64,000 bases of DNA from Octopus bimaculoides. Lineage: Eukaryota. Under the pieces are notes generated by a model. It saw nothing but the letters and a program-made list of their open reading frames with translations. It made no database searches and had not been told where the DNA came from. How positions within the stretch are numbered: the first letter of the stretch is position 1; the number at the start of each line of letters is the position of its first letter. Made by a program: the position numbers and the translations under genes. The DNA lies in contig NC_068983.1 in NCBI RefSeq assembly GCF_001194135.2, positions 137,806,734 through 137,870,733 of the forward strand, written 5' to 3'. Shown here piece after piece: positions 12,680 to 24,172 of this stretch.

Positions 12680-14040
12680 GTATACTCTTTAGGCTAAGAC
12701 TGGACAGCCAAAAAATAGTATGGTTAGTTATTTATTTTCATCATCCACATAATTTGCAGTTAATGAATGTATTTTGTGTTATTAAAAGCGTTTGGCGGTT
12801 TCGAGTTAGACGGCTTTGGATCTGTACAGCTTCCAATCTTATGCCTTTCAACGAATACTGAAATATATATTCATCTATTTCACCGAAGTTTCCTTTCTTC
12901 AGGTAATTGGCCATGAATATTTTTCTTGAAATCATTTTAGCATTGCATACTACCTGCATTTTAAATTTAGATTTTAGGCTTTTCACACATTTGTTATTGA
13001 TTTCCTTTGTTTCATGCTTTATATTTGTAGGTATCCTGAGACATGGAAATCTATTATTTGTTTGTAACCATTTCTATTTGTCTATCTTTATTCTTCACTA
13101 TAAAGTTTTGTATTTCTAAAGTGGGTATTTTATAAGTTTTCTAGTTGCAGTGAAACCCTATATTTCTGTATTCGTAGTAAATATAATCTTCAAACTTTGG
13201 CTGGTATAATGTAAAAACATTTTTTTAGTTTCGCAGTGTAGTTTTACGACTTTACTTATTGTACAATTGAGAATATTGTAATTATAACATATTGCTGGGA
13301 TAGCCGAAGTATTAATGCCTATTACGTTAAGTTTTACATTTAGCACCATTTTAATGTTTAATGCAATGTCTATTATATTCTCTTGTGACCTTTTCTTTCA
13401 TTAGTGTGTGAAGTACTCTGTCTAGTTCATTAATTCTTAAGTGTTTGTAAGTCTGTGTTTGCTATAATTCTCTTATCTCAATTTCTTTAACATTAGCGTT
13501 TTTAATTAATTTTTGTCTCTTCAAACTTGCCTTGGCGAATTTTTAAACCGGAAATTCATATCAGTTCCTCTAATAAATCTGTGAACTGCTTCAGGCAATG
13601 TCTAGTTGTTTATCCTCCGCTATGTACAACTTGCATTGTTGGTGGTGGCCACAGCGTAGGTGGAGCCACACTGGAGGTAGGCAAGGTGGGCGTGGTCAGA
13701 CGCAAGGGATGCTATTCCTGTAAACTTATGATAAGACAATTAATGTAGTTATTTCTCTGTGTGTCTTTTATGATTATCTAGGCAGAGTTGTACAACTGTT
13801 CTAGAATGTTGACTATGTGTATAGGTGTGTGAAATGTTTTTGTCATGTAATGGCAGGGATTATGGTCGATGAAGCTTGCTCCTGAGACTGTCTCTTTCGT
13901 TTCTAATTTGGTTTAATATACTCATTAAAAGTACTAACACCAAATAGAATAGGCGGGAGTCGATTGGAATAATTCTCTTCTAATAGAGATAGGATGTTTT
14001 GCCTTCTTTGTAGAATTACTTGTCACTTATACATGATCAA
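12680..14040 (-). mobile_element. R4/Dong-type (RLE) non-LTR retrotransposon, RT core to zinc knuckle, decayed
   Basis: Across frameshifts: IRRELFQ..LFYLVL, TYKHLRINELDRVLHTLMKEKV, INTSAIPAICYNYNILNCTIS, AVQIQSRLTRNRQ...CKLCG, GCPVLA*RVYIH; typical R4/Dong motifs in order. Confidence 0.7.
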
Positions 14041-14049
14041 ACGGTACTG

Positions 14050-14620
14050 GAATGCATGTTAGGATGAAGGGTAGAAGATGTCAAATATTTGTGGCGGTAA
14101 TCAGCTACTATCCGAGAATGGTATTAATGTACTACATTCCGATGAGCTATCATATCATTGATAAAACAATATACCATGCCAATCATAAGAATGACGACCT
14201 GATTGAAAATACAGAAGATATTTATAACATTAGGTACATGTATACGTTTAGACACAAAAAATACCACACGAACTCCACCATTGAAAATACCCGATGGAAA
14301 GAAACATAACAGAACTGATATAGCTGTTTGGACAGTAAAGAAAATATGTAGTGTTATAGAAGTAAGTGACCCCACAGATGTAAAACTTTACCTTACAATT
14401 AGCAAGAAAAAGAATATTTATAAACAACAGCTTCGAAATTTACAGCTTTTCTGATATAAATTTATATTTGTACCCATAATTACTGTTGTATATGGTTATG
14501 GTACTCTACATGAAAAGCTGGCGTTTCAAGCAAAAAAAGTTACTAGCTAACATGCACCTTGGAAATTCAGTATCTAACTGGAATAGTGGAAATATGCAAG
14601 ACTAATGTAAAATTCAGTCT
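14050..14620 (+). mobile_element. RLE-type non-LTR retrotransposon (R4/Dong group), zinc knuckle and RLE C-terminus
   Basis: VISYYPRMVLMYYIPMSYH...KHNRTDIAVWTVKKICSVIEVSDPTDVK...KKNIYKQQLRNLQL matches the RLE PD..(D/E)xK region (NRPDIV.W, IEVSCP.D). Confidence 0.7.
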
Positions 14621-15899
14621 GTAACTCTTTACTGTTGTTGTTATCTAAATAACAGCGTTTGTGTTTTGTTACCTTATTTGAAACCAGTCCTCTCTTTGTC
14701 GAAAGTCTTAAGAGAGAAAGATAACCTACAAACATATTTAAGTGGTGTACAGTTTTGTCACAAACAAGAACAGGCAATTGTGAAGGCATTTTCTCTATTT
14801 TTGTCATTTTGACGAAAAAAATAATTGATGGAAAGAAAGCTCAAAAGAGAGAAACAAGGAAAATAAGGAATAAATATATAAAAAAATAAACATTGAAGAG
14901 AATTGCAGATAACGTATTCATAAAAAAAACCTAAAAAAAAAAAAAAGACTGACAAAGCAACACGATAGCTTCAAAATCCAATTCACGTGATTAAGAATAA
15001 CAATTTTCAGTACACGCATTAACGCAACACAAACAGACGATCACAAAACACACGCATACATACTTATATAGTTATATTTACATGTACACGCACATTGAAT
15101 GAAATACTATATTTGTCTTGCTGGCTCTTTAGCAAAACCTCTGAGGCTGGAGTAATGCCGCTAATTTGCTGAAACACGCTAATCTCTCATTTTAGCGTTG
15201 GACCCTGAACTTAAGACGAGTTAAAAGAATTGAAACGGGAATAGTGTCGGGTGGTTATACATTTAGATAGACAAAAATAAATCCCTAAGTAGGTGGAATT
15301 AAGCAAAAGCATTAAAAAAAGTATATTACACAAAATGTTTTTTAGTTCTTTTATCGTTTTTATTCTAAAAGAACAAACTAAATATATATATCTTATAAAA
15401 GGCCCGTCTTCAAAATAGGTTTAAAGTATTTAGCTTAGCCACGAGAGAAAAGCCAAAGAAAAGAAGAAGAAAAAAACAAGAAAATATGGATAAAAGAGCA
15501 ACGAAACCAAAATAGTAAACAGGTATTGAGAAAATGAATTCAAACTAAGAAGAATATTTTAAATGAAGTAAAAGAATAAAAACGACAATGTAATGGTTAT
15601 AGCTGTTGGACAGAAGTAAGAAAAAAAAATGAATGTAGAAATAGAGCAGATACAACAGAACAACAAAGTTAATCAACTGAGATATAAATTTTCCTTTTGG
15701 ATAAGATGCTCTTTTCCTTAGGTAATCTCAGATGGCTTTCTATCATTAAACAATAGCAAAGCAAACTGAACTATGTCAAATAGAATTAGTCATACCTTTG
15801 AAACGACGATCAAATGACATTTGATCTCTGTAACATAATGCAATAGAGTGTTCCTCTGATGACCCATTGTGGTTAAGCATCAAATTACAATTGGAACTT

Positions 15900-16445
15900 A
15901 CAGAAATTGCGGAAGTGCAATGGCCTAGTGGTTAGGGCAGCGGACCCACGGTCGTAGGATCGCGGTTTCGATTCCCAGACTGGGCGCTATGAATGTTTAT
16001 TGATTGAAAACACCTAAAGATCCACGAGGCTCCGGCAGGGGGAGGTGGCGAACCCTACAGAAATTGCGCAGGTGCAATGGCCCAGGGGTTAAGGCAGTGG
16101 ACCCACGGTCGTAGGATCGCGGTTTCGATTCCCAGACCGGGCGTTGTGAGTGTTTGAGTGAAAACACCTAAAGCTCTACGAGGCTCCGGCAGTGGGTGGT
16201 GGCGAACCCTGCAATACTATTTCACCACAGCTTTCTCTCATTCTTTCTTCCTATTTCTGTTGTACCTGCATTTCAAAGAGCCAGCCTTGTCACACTCTGT
16301 CTCACGCTCAATCTCCCCGAGAACTACGTTAAGGTTACACGTGTCTGTGGAGTGCTCAGTTACTTACACGTTAATTTCACGAGCAGGCTGTTCCGTTGAT
16401 CGGATCAACTAGAACCCTCGTCGCCGTAACCGACGGAGTACCACG
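15900..16445 (+). mobile_element. SINE family C (tRNA-derived) with a tandemly duplicated 157-bp head
   Basis: Two heads (15911-16056 and 16068-16210) with A box TGGCC.AG.GG and B box GGTTTCGATTCC; body runs to 16445; 11-bp acag(a/g)aattgc at 15900, 16057 and 16446. Confidence 0.85.
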
Positions 16446-17539
16446 ACAGGAATTGCCAAGTGTGATCATTAATTTAGGGATACAGCTTATAATTTTGCTA
16501 TTACAGAAATTCAGAAAAGTTTTAAGGATTTATAAATGTTACTTTCTTCCCAGTCAAAAGGCGGCATCTAGACATTTAACTAAGATCAAAAGACTTAAGA
16601 CTCAATTTGAATATATGATAACTATAGCCACGNNNNNNNNNNNNNNNNNNNNNNNNNNNNNNNNNNNNNNNNNNNNNNNNNNNNNNNNNNNNNNNNNNNN
16701 NNNNNNNNNNNNNNNNNNNNNNNNNNNNNNNNNNNNNNNNNNNNNNNNNNNNNNNNNNNNNNNNNNNNNNNNNNNNNNNNNNNNNNNNNNNNNNNNNNNN
16801 NNNNNNNNNNNNNNNNNNNNNNNNNNNNNNNNNNNNNNNNNNNNNNNNNNNNNNNNNNNNNNNNNNNNNNNNNNNNNNNNNNNNNNNNNNNNNNNNNNNN
16901 NNNNNNNNNNNNNNNNNNNNNNNNNNNNNNNNNNNNNNNNNNNNNNNNNNNNNNNNNNNNNNNNNNNNNNNNNNNNNNNNNNNNNNNNNNNNNNNNNNNN
17001 NNNNNNNNNNNNNNNNNNNNNNNNNNNNNNNNNNNNNNNNNNNNNNNNNNNNNNNNNNNNNNNNNNNNNNNNNNNNNNNNNNNNNNNNNNNNNNNNNNNN
17101 NNNNNNNNNNNNNNNNNNNNNNNNNNNNNNNNNNNNNNNNNNNNNNNNNNNNNNNNNNNNNNNNNNNNNNNNNNNNNNNNGATTATTGACCGGAAGCATG
17201 TGACCATGCCGGTGTAAGGGGAAGAGAGAGAGAGAGTGGTAGAGGGAGAAACAAAGGGAGGAAGTAGAAGAATAGGTGAGCAACGAGAGGAAAAGAGGAA
17301 GAGAGGAAGTACGAGGGGGGAAAAAGGAGATACGTAGTAGTAACAGAGGAAGGACGAGAGGGGTAAAGAGAGATACGTAGTAGTAAACAGAGGAAGAACG
17401 GGAGGGGGAANNNNNNNNNNNNNNNNNNNNNNNNNNNNNNNNNNNNNNNNNNNNNNNNNNNNNNNNNNNNNNNNNNNNNNNNNNNNNNNNNNNNNNNNNN
17501 NNNNNNNNNNTATACATATATATATATATAAACGTATAT

Positions 17540-17605
17540 ATTCATTCTTTTACTCTTTTATACATTCCAGCCCTTAGGCAGTGGTCATGCTGGAGCACCG
17601 TCTGT
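17540..17605 (-). mobile_element. SINE family A 3' tail fragment
   Basis: attcttttactctttta...ggtcatgctggagcaccg matches the family A tail on the minus strand. Confidence 0.55.
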
Positions 17606-17611
17606 AACATA

Positions 17612-17685
17612 ACAACGTTAATCAATTTTCTAACCTTATTGGACTCTCATCAGAGGTATTTACATCAATTTGACCAATCCCAATA
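17612..17685 (-). ncRNA. Degenerate hammerhead-like core
   Basis: Minus strand: CUGAUGA (17653-17647), a weak stem II, GAAA (17630-17627), then AUUGAUUA; upstream ggattggtcaa..tgta is shared with 4595-4615. Confidence 0.35.
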
Positions 17686-17738
17686 TATATATATATGTGT
17701 GTGTGTGTGTGTTTGTGTGTATACATACATACATATAT

Positions 17739-17773
<35 letters not shown>

Positions 17774-17787
17774 AGAGAGAGAGAGAG

Positions 17788-17832
<45 letters not shown>

Positions 17833-17843
17833 GAGAGAGAGAG

Positions 17844-18384
17844 AGTAAAGTCTATGAGCCAACGTAAATTGGCAGTCCTGATTAGGACGGTATTACTACC
17901 TTTTTTAGCCCCAGGAAAACATCTTTTTCAGCTGGCTATCGACGTACTACTGCGTCCTCATACCTCGAACAAGGAGCTAATCTCCACACTCAGCCTTAAA
18001 TGGTACCTGCGGACCACTGGTTTCTGGGTTATTTCTCTTCATCGGCACAGGGTATCCGTTGGTTAGAGATGGCAGCACTAGGTCTTGTTCGCGGTATGTA
18101 CCTTTAAAGTGACACACAATCACTGATCTTGAAGGGAGAAAACAATTAGTGCTGCCATCTCTAGCCAACGGTTATCTTGTACCGATGAAGAGAAATAACC
18201 CAGAGACCATTGGTCTGCAGGTACGGTTTAAGGCTGAGTGGGGACATTAGTTTCCTTGTTCGCGGTATAAGGATGCAGTTGTGCGTCGATACCCAGCTGG
18301 AAAAGATGTTTTTCCGGGGCGAAAACAGGTAGTAACACCGTCCTAATCAGGACTGCCACTTTACGTTGGCAAATAGGCTTTACT
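17844..18384. mobile_element. Foldback (long inverted repeat) non-autonomous element with HHR remnants on both arms
   Basis: Arms 17844-18080 and 18147-18384 are reverse complements with scattered mismatches, 66-bp spacer; HHR-like folds at 18006-18051 (-) and 18176-18221 (+). Confidence 0.85.
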
Positions 18385-18799
18385 ATGTAGTACCGTTACT
18401 AATTTCACGCTCAGAGATTTAAAACTAATTGCTTTTCTCCTTATTTATACATACATACATACATACATACATACATACATACATACATACNNNNNNNNNN
18501 TACGTACATACATACATACATGCATACGTACGTGGAATATAAATATTATAAAAAATAATATTACTATTCAGCAAGAATAAAGCACCAAAACAGGTAGAAT
18601 TATAAAAGTACAAAGCAGATATACACGAAGTACGATCATTGCTGGAAATAGCAGTTGGTAAGTTATTGGCGCTATGCAGAGCTCCACTGAAAGTTTACTA
18701 GCAGAGATGTTTGAAGGCAGTGAATACAGGAAAATTCTATCTTACTTCTACGGATACCATTAGAAGAATGAAGGATAATTCAATACTGCAGTTTAAAAG

Positions 18800-18875
18800 T
18801 TTTCGGTCCAGGAATTGAAAGCACGATCTCGCGATCGTGATTGAAATACCCTAACCACAAGATCCTGTGCCTCTA
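18800..18875 (-). mobile_element. tRNA-like SINE head fragment (family C-like)
   Basis: Reverse complement ggcacaggatcttgtggttagggtatttcaatcacgatcgcgagatcgtgctttcaattcctggaccg has A/B-box-like spacing. Confidence 0.5.
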
Positions 18876-19599
18876 CACCCCCTCACAAGCATTCACAGGT
18901 ATTACATGTCACATATATGACCGGCTTTTGCGCACTTACCGTCTACAAATATCAAATATTTACTGACTTCCTCCTTATCAGGGAGCATGTAAAGAGAACG
19001 ATGTCACCTAGCCAATATAAATGTCCAAGACTCGCCACTTTCTGCCAGTCTGAAAATGTTAGTCTCTGACTGGTCAATTTTAAATTCTGATGGCCATTAA
19101 CTATAAGCAGTAGATTTTACTTTTCACATCTGTTTATAAAACAAAGCTCAGTAAACGACTGGACTTCTGAATCTGCAAATTATTCTCTGTTTCTTCAGTG
19201 AACTGTCGCTCTGAACGTTGGTCACCTTTGACTGATTCCCATCAATTTTGAAAGAATTTTATTCATGAATCAACGACAGTCTTATTTAAAAGATTATCAC
19301 TGGAAGCAATTCTTAAGATTTGGTGTATTTTACTCCATTTTATTATTTATGATACAAACCTTGATGCATATATTTTCTAATCATTTCTGTCTATATATAT
19401 TAGCACTGGCTGAAGAGATATGTTTTTACTTTGATACAATTTCCTCGATGCCGGTGTAAAGCATAGAGAAATGTCTGTCATTATGATAATTTAATTCTAC
19501 TTATATATATGCCTCCATAATACACTAACTTTACATTTCAATTGTAACAGAAGTCATAGAAGTTTTTCAGGAGACGTGGTCGAACGGTTTTTAACTTTT

Positions 19600-20170
19600 T
19601 GGTTTCGTGAGGAGGGAGAAGTGCTCATTAACATTTCAGACCTTATCAAATAGGTAACATCGATGCAGCTGATAATGATTTAGAACATCTGTAGACTAAT
19701 GCATTCAGAACAAAACGTGAGAAACATGTTCTGTACCTCTGGGATATAACTAGAGTATGAGAGATACATGTGATAAGAGAGATCGGTTGGACTGAGAATG
19801 CAGTAAACTATTTAAGAGAAGCTGATGCCGTTGTAATGTCTGTAAGACGATAAAAAAGAAGTACTAGAACGTAAGGAACCAGTATATTCATAGTATTGGT
19901 ACTTGAGTCCTTGCGAATCAGCTGATTGGTAGACATTCTTTTAGATGTAGTCTAGAAGCAAGAAATCTCGTGTTTATGAGAAAGCAGCTGCACTAGGTTT
20001 TGAATGAAGCCGAAGGGCCTTACTTTGGAAGAAGTCTATGATGTTTCTGGCTGAACAAGTTACATCGTTCCATATATGTAAAAAGTTTTGTAATCTAGGC
20101 TTCATTGAGACTCATAGAGGGTCAGAGCAAGTATTTCTTTTCTCGAGGAAAGGATCCCAGACTTTAGGTT
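19600..20170 (-). mobile_element. Possible L1/Tx1-type LINE fragment (post-RT region)
   Basis: KRMSTNQLIRKDSSTNTMNILVPYVLVLLFYRLTDIT resembles the W..R.LS..G...N..I...L.YRLT motif; heavily decayed. Confidence 0.3.
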
Positions 20171-20221
20171 GTAGTTTTGGTATTATATATATATATAGAG
20201 AGAGAGAGAATTAACATTGCT

Positions 20222-20253
<32 letters not shown>

Positions 20254-20387
20254 CGCTATGTGAGGTCTTTAAGCATTATGAGGTCTTAATATATATTTCA
20301 ACGTGAGGGCTTTATTTGTATGTTATTCACCCAAACCTAAGTTATCTAAGTTAAGTGCAGAAATTGTTTTTTCAATTTTGAAGGAAG

Positions 20388-20419
<32 letters not shown>

Positions 20420-21091
20420 TGTATGTATCAATCTATCTATATACATAAAATTTTCTTCTCAAATTCCATGTCATCAACTGCAATTTCATCGACATCAACC
20501 TCAAAATCTGTCATCGTCATGCTCAATTTCGTTATGATCAGTCTGTGTCTATTATCTTACTATTTGTTTTGATTTCGTCATCGTCAATTTTGCCTTTGTA
20601 GGATGAGGAGAAATTTTTTTTTATGAACAGACATTGACATCAGCGATTAATTGTCGCAAAATTGTAAAAGAATGTAAACATTAAGAGGTTTTGAGAAATA
20701 TTACAAGTTTTGTGCTATAACAATTGTCGTACCTTGCATTACCGTAAATACACATGTATTTATCACAGATAAAAATCTACGTACAATACTATATAGATAT
20801 ATAATGCGTCAAGGACAAAAATAAATAACGTCGGTTTAACCTTTTATTCATTATTTCTATTTTTCAACTTTCTTAAGAGATTCCTAAAAAATATTGCACA
20901 ATCATTTTGGGTTATTAAAGTCAACCCGGTGTTAATATGTTTACGTAAATACATTTGGCAGAATAAGAGATATATGAGTCACCCTTAGTCATTTGCCTCT
21001 CAACTTACCGAAAGAAATCTAACCTGGACTGCATAATATAACAACAGCAGCAACACCACCACCACCACCACCATCAAATATGTATAATAAT

Positions 21092-21285
21092 TCTTTCTAC
21101 TGGAAGCACAAGGCCTCAAATTTGGGGGAAGGGATTAAGTCAATTACATGCGTATCTGGTACCCCGAAAAGATAAAGGTCAAAAGTCGACCTCGAGGAAT
21201 TTGAACTCAGAACGTAGTGGCAGACGAAATACCGCCCAGCATTTCGCCCGGCGTGCTGACGATTCTACCAGCTCGCCGCCTTGAA
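21092..21285 (-). mobile_element. SINE family B with a perfect 17-bp TSD
   Basis: Full B copy on the minus strand flanked by caaatatgtataataat at 21075-21091 and 21286-21302. Confidence 0.9.
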
Positions 21286-21439
21286 CAAATATGTATAATA
21301 ATGTTTGAGAAAAATTTCTTTCTGTTCTAAGCTAACTTTTTCGCTCTACTTGTATATACCCGAGCTATTTTTACATGGTAATATTGTTAACACTCATAAA
21401 GGGCACCACAAATTTTCCTTCCTATATATNNNNNNNNNN

Positions 21440-21482
<43 letters not shown>

Positions 21483-22374
21483 ACTTTTAGCCCTTCAAAA
21501 TGTGTAAAATAGAAGTCTAATAAGACCCATTACTTTTACCTGCTTATTTTGAAAACTAGATCCTCTCCCAGATGCTTTGCCAATTTATATCAAGGAAAAA
21601 AATAAGTCAAATGATTATATGGGAGTTATCTCCCCGGAGCGTTGTGTTTAGATTTTTACATGCATCAGAAGAAGCTTATGCTTCTAATTAGATAACCCCA
21701 TTTAATCGTTGTATTTCAACTTATTATTACGTGTGACCCGTACCATGTTTGTATATAGTATACAGAACACACCTTTTAGATGTTTCCCCTTGTATTATTC
21801 CTTGCAGATAGTTTCTCATGCATCTTTTTAGACGTCAGATTTTATGTTGACATATTTTGGAGTTTCGTGTTTCTTTAGTTTTATGATTGTATGTGCTAGG
21901 TCGTACGTTTCAGATTTAAAAACACATGGCATTGTGCTTCAAAGATGTTGCCATATGTACGCTTGTTATTTTTGTCATCGGAGTATACCTTTTGATTGTA
22001 TTCATTTTATCTTCTATTTCCGCCTTACGTTATGGCTCCATCTTTTAAAATTGTTATTAAGGGATTTCCTTTTATTTAATCTCTTTTGCGAAATTTAAAC
22101 AGTTTCTTCTGTTGAATAGTTCCTTTAAACCACATCATTGTTCTCCGTTCATCTGTTTATTCAAGTCTTTTGTTTACGTCTTATCTGTAAATGAACTGAA
22201 CTTGAGATTGTTTCGTTTTTTCAGCAGATACAGGGTTTCCCGAAATACTTTGCTGTTGCTTTCGTCTCACGTTTTCAGACATTACACACATTCACATACT
22301 CACAAACACATACGCACAAAAACACACACATACACGCGTATATAAAGAAGAGAGAAAGCGAAATAGAAAGTGTG

Positions 22375-22379
22375 TCTGT

Positions 22380-22453
<74 letters not shown>

Positions 22454-22566
22454 NNNNNNNNNNNNNNNNNNNNNNNNNNNNNNNNNNNNNNNNNNNNNNN
22501 NNNNNNNNNNNNNNNNNNNNNNNNNNNNNNNNNNNNNNNNNNNNNNNNNNNNNNNNNNNNNNNNNN

Positions 22567-22625
<59 letters not shown>
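22375..22625. repeat. Compound (GT)n(GA)n microsatellite spanning a gap
   Basis: Direct reading of the sequence. Confidence 0.95.
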
Positions 22626-22626
<1 letters not shown>

Positions 22627-23210
22627 AATAGTTGGTTTTTCATACCTTAGAAGGATTCGACTGAATTAATAATCCTCTCAGTGAGACTAAATACCATTTA
22701 ATAACAAAATCTTTAAATGTTGAGAACGCTTTTGTTGGCTGTAACTGCCTGCTTTAACGAACACTCAAAAATAGGGGAAAATTTGAATGAAAACCCCTTT
22801 GTTATGATGATATTTAAGAAACACCAAATATAGTGTCGTTTTCTTTTACAATATACACAAAACTATATATTCTAGCAGGCCAGTGAACTGAGAGAAAGGG
22901 TTGTAATATAACATCTAAGATCGTGTATTATTACTGAAATAATTACATTCTAGAGTGTTGATGATAGACATTTAAGACTAATACACGGTTACATGCACTT
23001 GTGCTTTACGCCTGAGTATTATTGCATACTCTAAGATATCAAAGAAGTTCCATTTTGCAAATCTATAGCTAGAAATAATTCAGTTGAATCTCTGATATGT
23101 AGTAGAAGTGTATTAGGGATCAGGTAGTAGATAGATATACGACTAAATTATTCGGCTTAGTAGATTATAATGCTATTACATAGTAAACCTAAAATGAAAC
23201 ATCGGTATAT

Positions 23211-23305
23211 AGGTGCAGGCATGGCTGTGTGATAAGCAGTTTGCTTCTCAACCATATGGTTTTGGGTTCAGTTCCACTGCGTTGCACTTTCGGCAAGTGT
23301 CTTAT
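23211..23305 (+). mobile_element. SINE family A head
   Basis: aggtgcaggcatggctgtgtgataag...gggttcagttccactgcgttgcactttcggcaagtgtctt. Confidence 0.75.
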
Positions 23306-23331
23306 ATATAAATGGCGTCAATCAAGAATAA

Positions 23332-23740
23332 CAGTGCGGATTTCGCTCTGTTTGTGGCACGATCGACATGATCTTTTCTATTCGTCAGGTCGCTGAGAAG
23401 GTACGAGAAAAAAAATCAAGATCTGTTCATGATGTTCTTTGGTCTTACTATGGCCTTCGACACTGTTAACCGGCAAGCGCTTTCGAAAGTTTTGAAAAAG
23501 CTTGGTATACCTGACAAGATGTTGAATGTTTTCTTCTTTCTTGAGGGAACGAAAGCTGCTGTTTTGTCCGATGGGGTATCTTCAGCTTCCTTCGATGTTA
23601 CAAACGGCACAATGCAAACTTTTGTGATGGACCCAGGTTTGTTTGCTCTCTTTTTTTATCAGAGATGCTGAAGTATGCTTCTGGTGACATAGAAAATGGT
23701 ATTAAATTCCAGTTTTGAACAAGTGGTAGATTATTGAACC
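23332..23740 (+). mobile_element. RTE (BovB-like) LINE, RT domain fragment
   Basis: QCGFRSVCGTIDMIFSIRQVAEKVREK/QDLFMMFFGLTMAFDTVNRQALSKVLKKLGIPDKM...FDVTNGTMQ...PGLFALF...F*TSGRLLN; RT domains 2-4 of RTE type with frameshifts. Confidence 0.85.
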
Positions 23741-23747
23741 ATTATTT

Positions 23748-24087
23748 GATATTATTGAACCATTGTTTGATATTAGCATTTCAAAGTTCGTTTCGGCATC
23801 TTTTCATTTTCTGCCGACTGAAACTGATTCTGCACCAGTGGATTTTGAAAAAATTAGAATGCATATTTTAGAAGACATGTGCTTTCTGCCTCCTGTCTTG
23901 TAGATATACGTTNNNNNNNNNNGATATTATTGAACCATTGTTTGATATTAGTATTTCAAAGTTCGTTTCGGCATCTTTTCATTTTCTGCCGACTGAAACT
24001 GATTCTGCACCAGTGGATTTTGAAAAAATTAGAATGCATATTTTAGAAGACATGTGCTTTCTGCCTCCTGTCTTGTAGATATACGTT
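23748..24087. repeat. 165-bp direct duplication around a 10-N gap
   Basis: 23748-23912 and 23923-24087 match except for one C/T substitution. Confidence 0.9.
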
Positions 24088-24102
24088 AATTACTTGACGG
24101 TT

Positions 24103-24172
24103 GGTTACTGAAGAGAATTTGCCTAGTAAATTACTTTATTTACTAAAAGATCCGAAACCTATAGGTCTAACC
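24103..24172 (+). ncRNA. Type I minimal hammerhead ribozyme, near canonical
   Basis: Stem I GGUUA (24103-24107)/UAACC (24168-24172); CUGAAGA 24108-24114; stem II closed by G-C with a distal 8-bp UAGUAAAU/AUUUACUA hairpin; GAAA 24154-24157; stem III is the palindrome ACCUAUAGGU; cleavage triplet GUC 24165-24167. Confidence 0.75.

Noticed and set aside
12680-14620. Divergent R4-type fragments meeting at about 14045, with twin-priming-like geometry
   Set aside because: Both pieces include the zinc-knuckle region with different sequences (GCPVLA*RVYIH versus SYYPRMVLMYYIPMSYH), so they are two families rather than one inverted insertion.
15911-16145. tRNA-like sequences as tRNA genes
   Set aside because: They lack a proper acceptor stem and continue into a SINE body flanked by TSDs; they are SINE heads.
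17290-17410. Short minisatellite-like duplications (about 43 bp here; also 4140-4190, 7065-7150 and 37445-37555)
   Set aside because: Two to three copies in low-complexity context with no unique spacers; ordinary slippage products, not CRISPR-like arrays.
20440-20620. Acidic minus-strand peptide MTMTDFEVDVDEIAVDDMEFEKK
   Set aside because: Short, split by frameshifts and stops, with no recognisable family.
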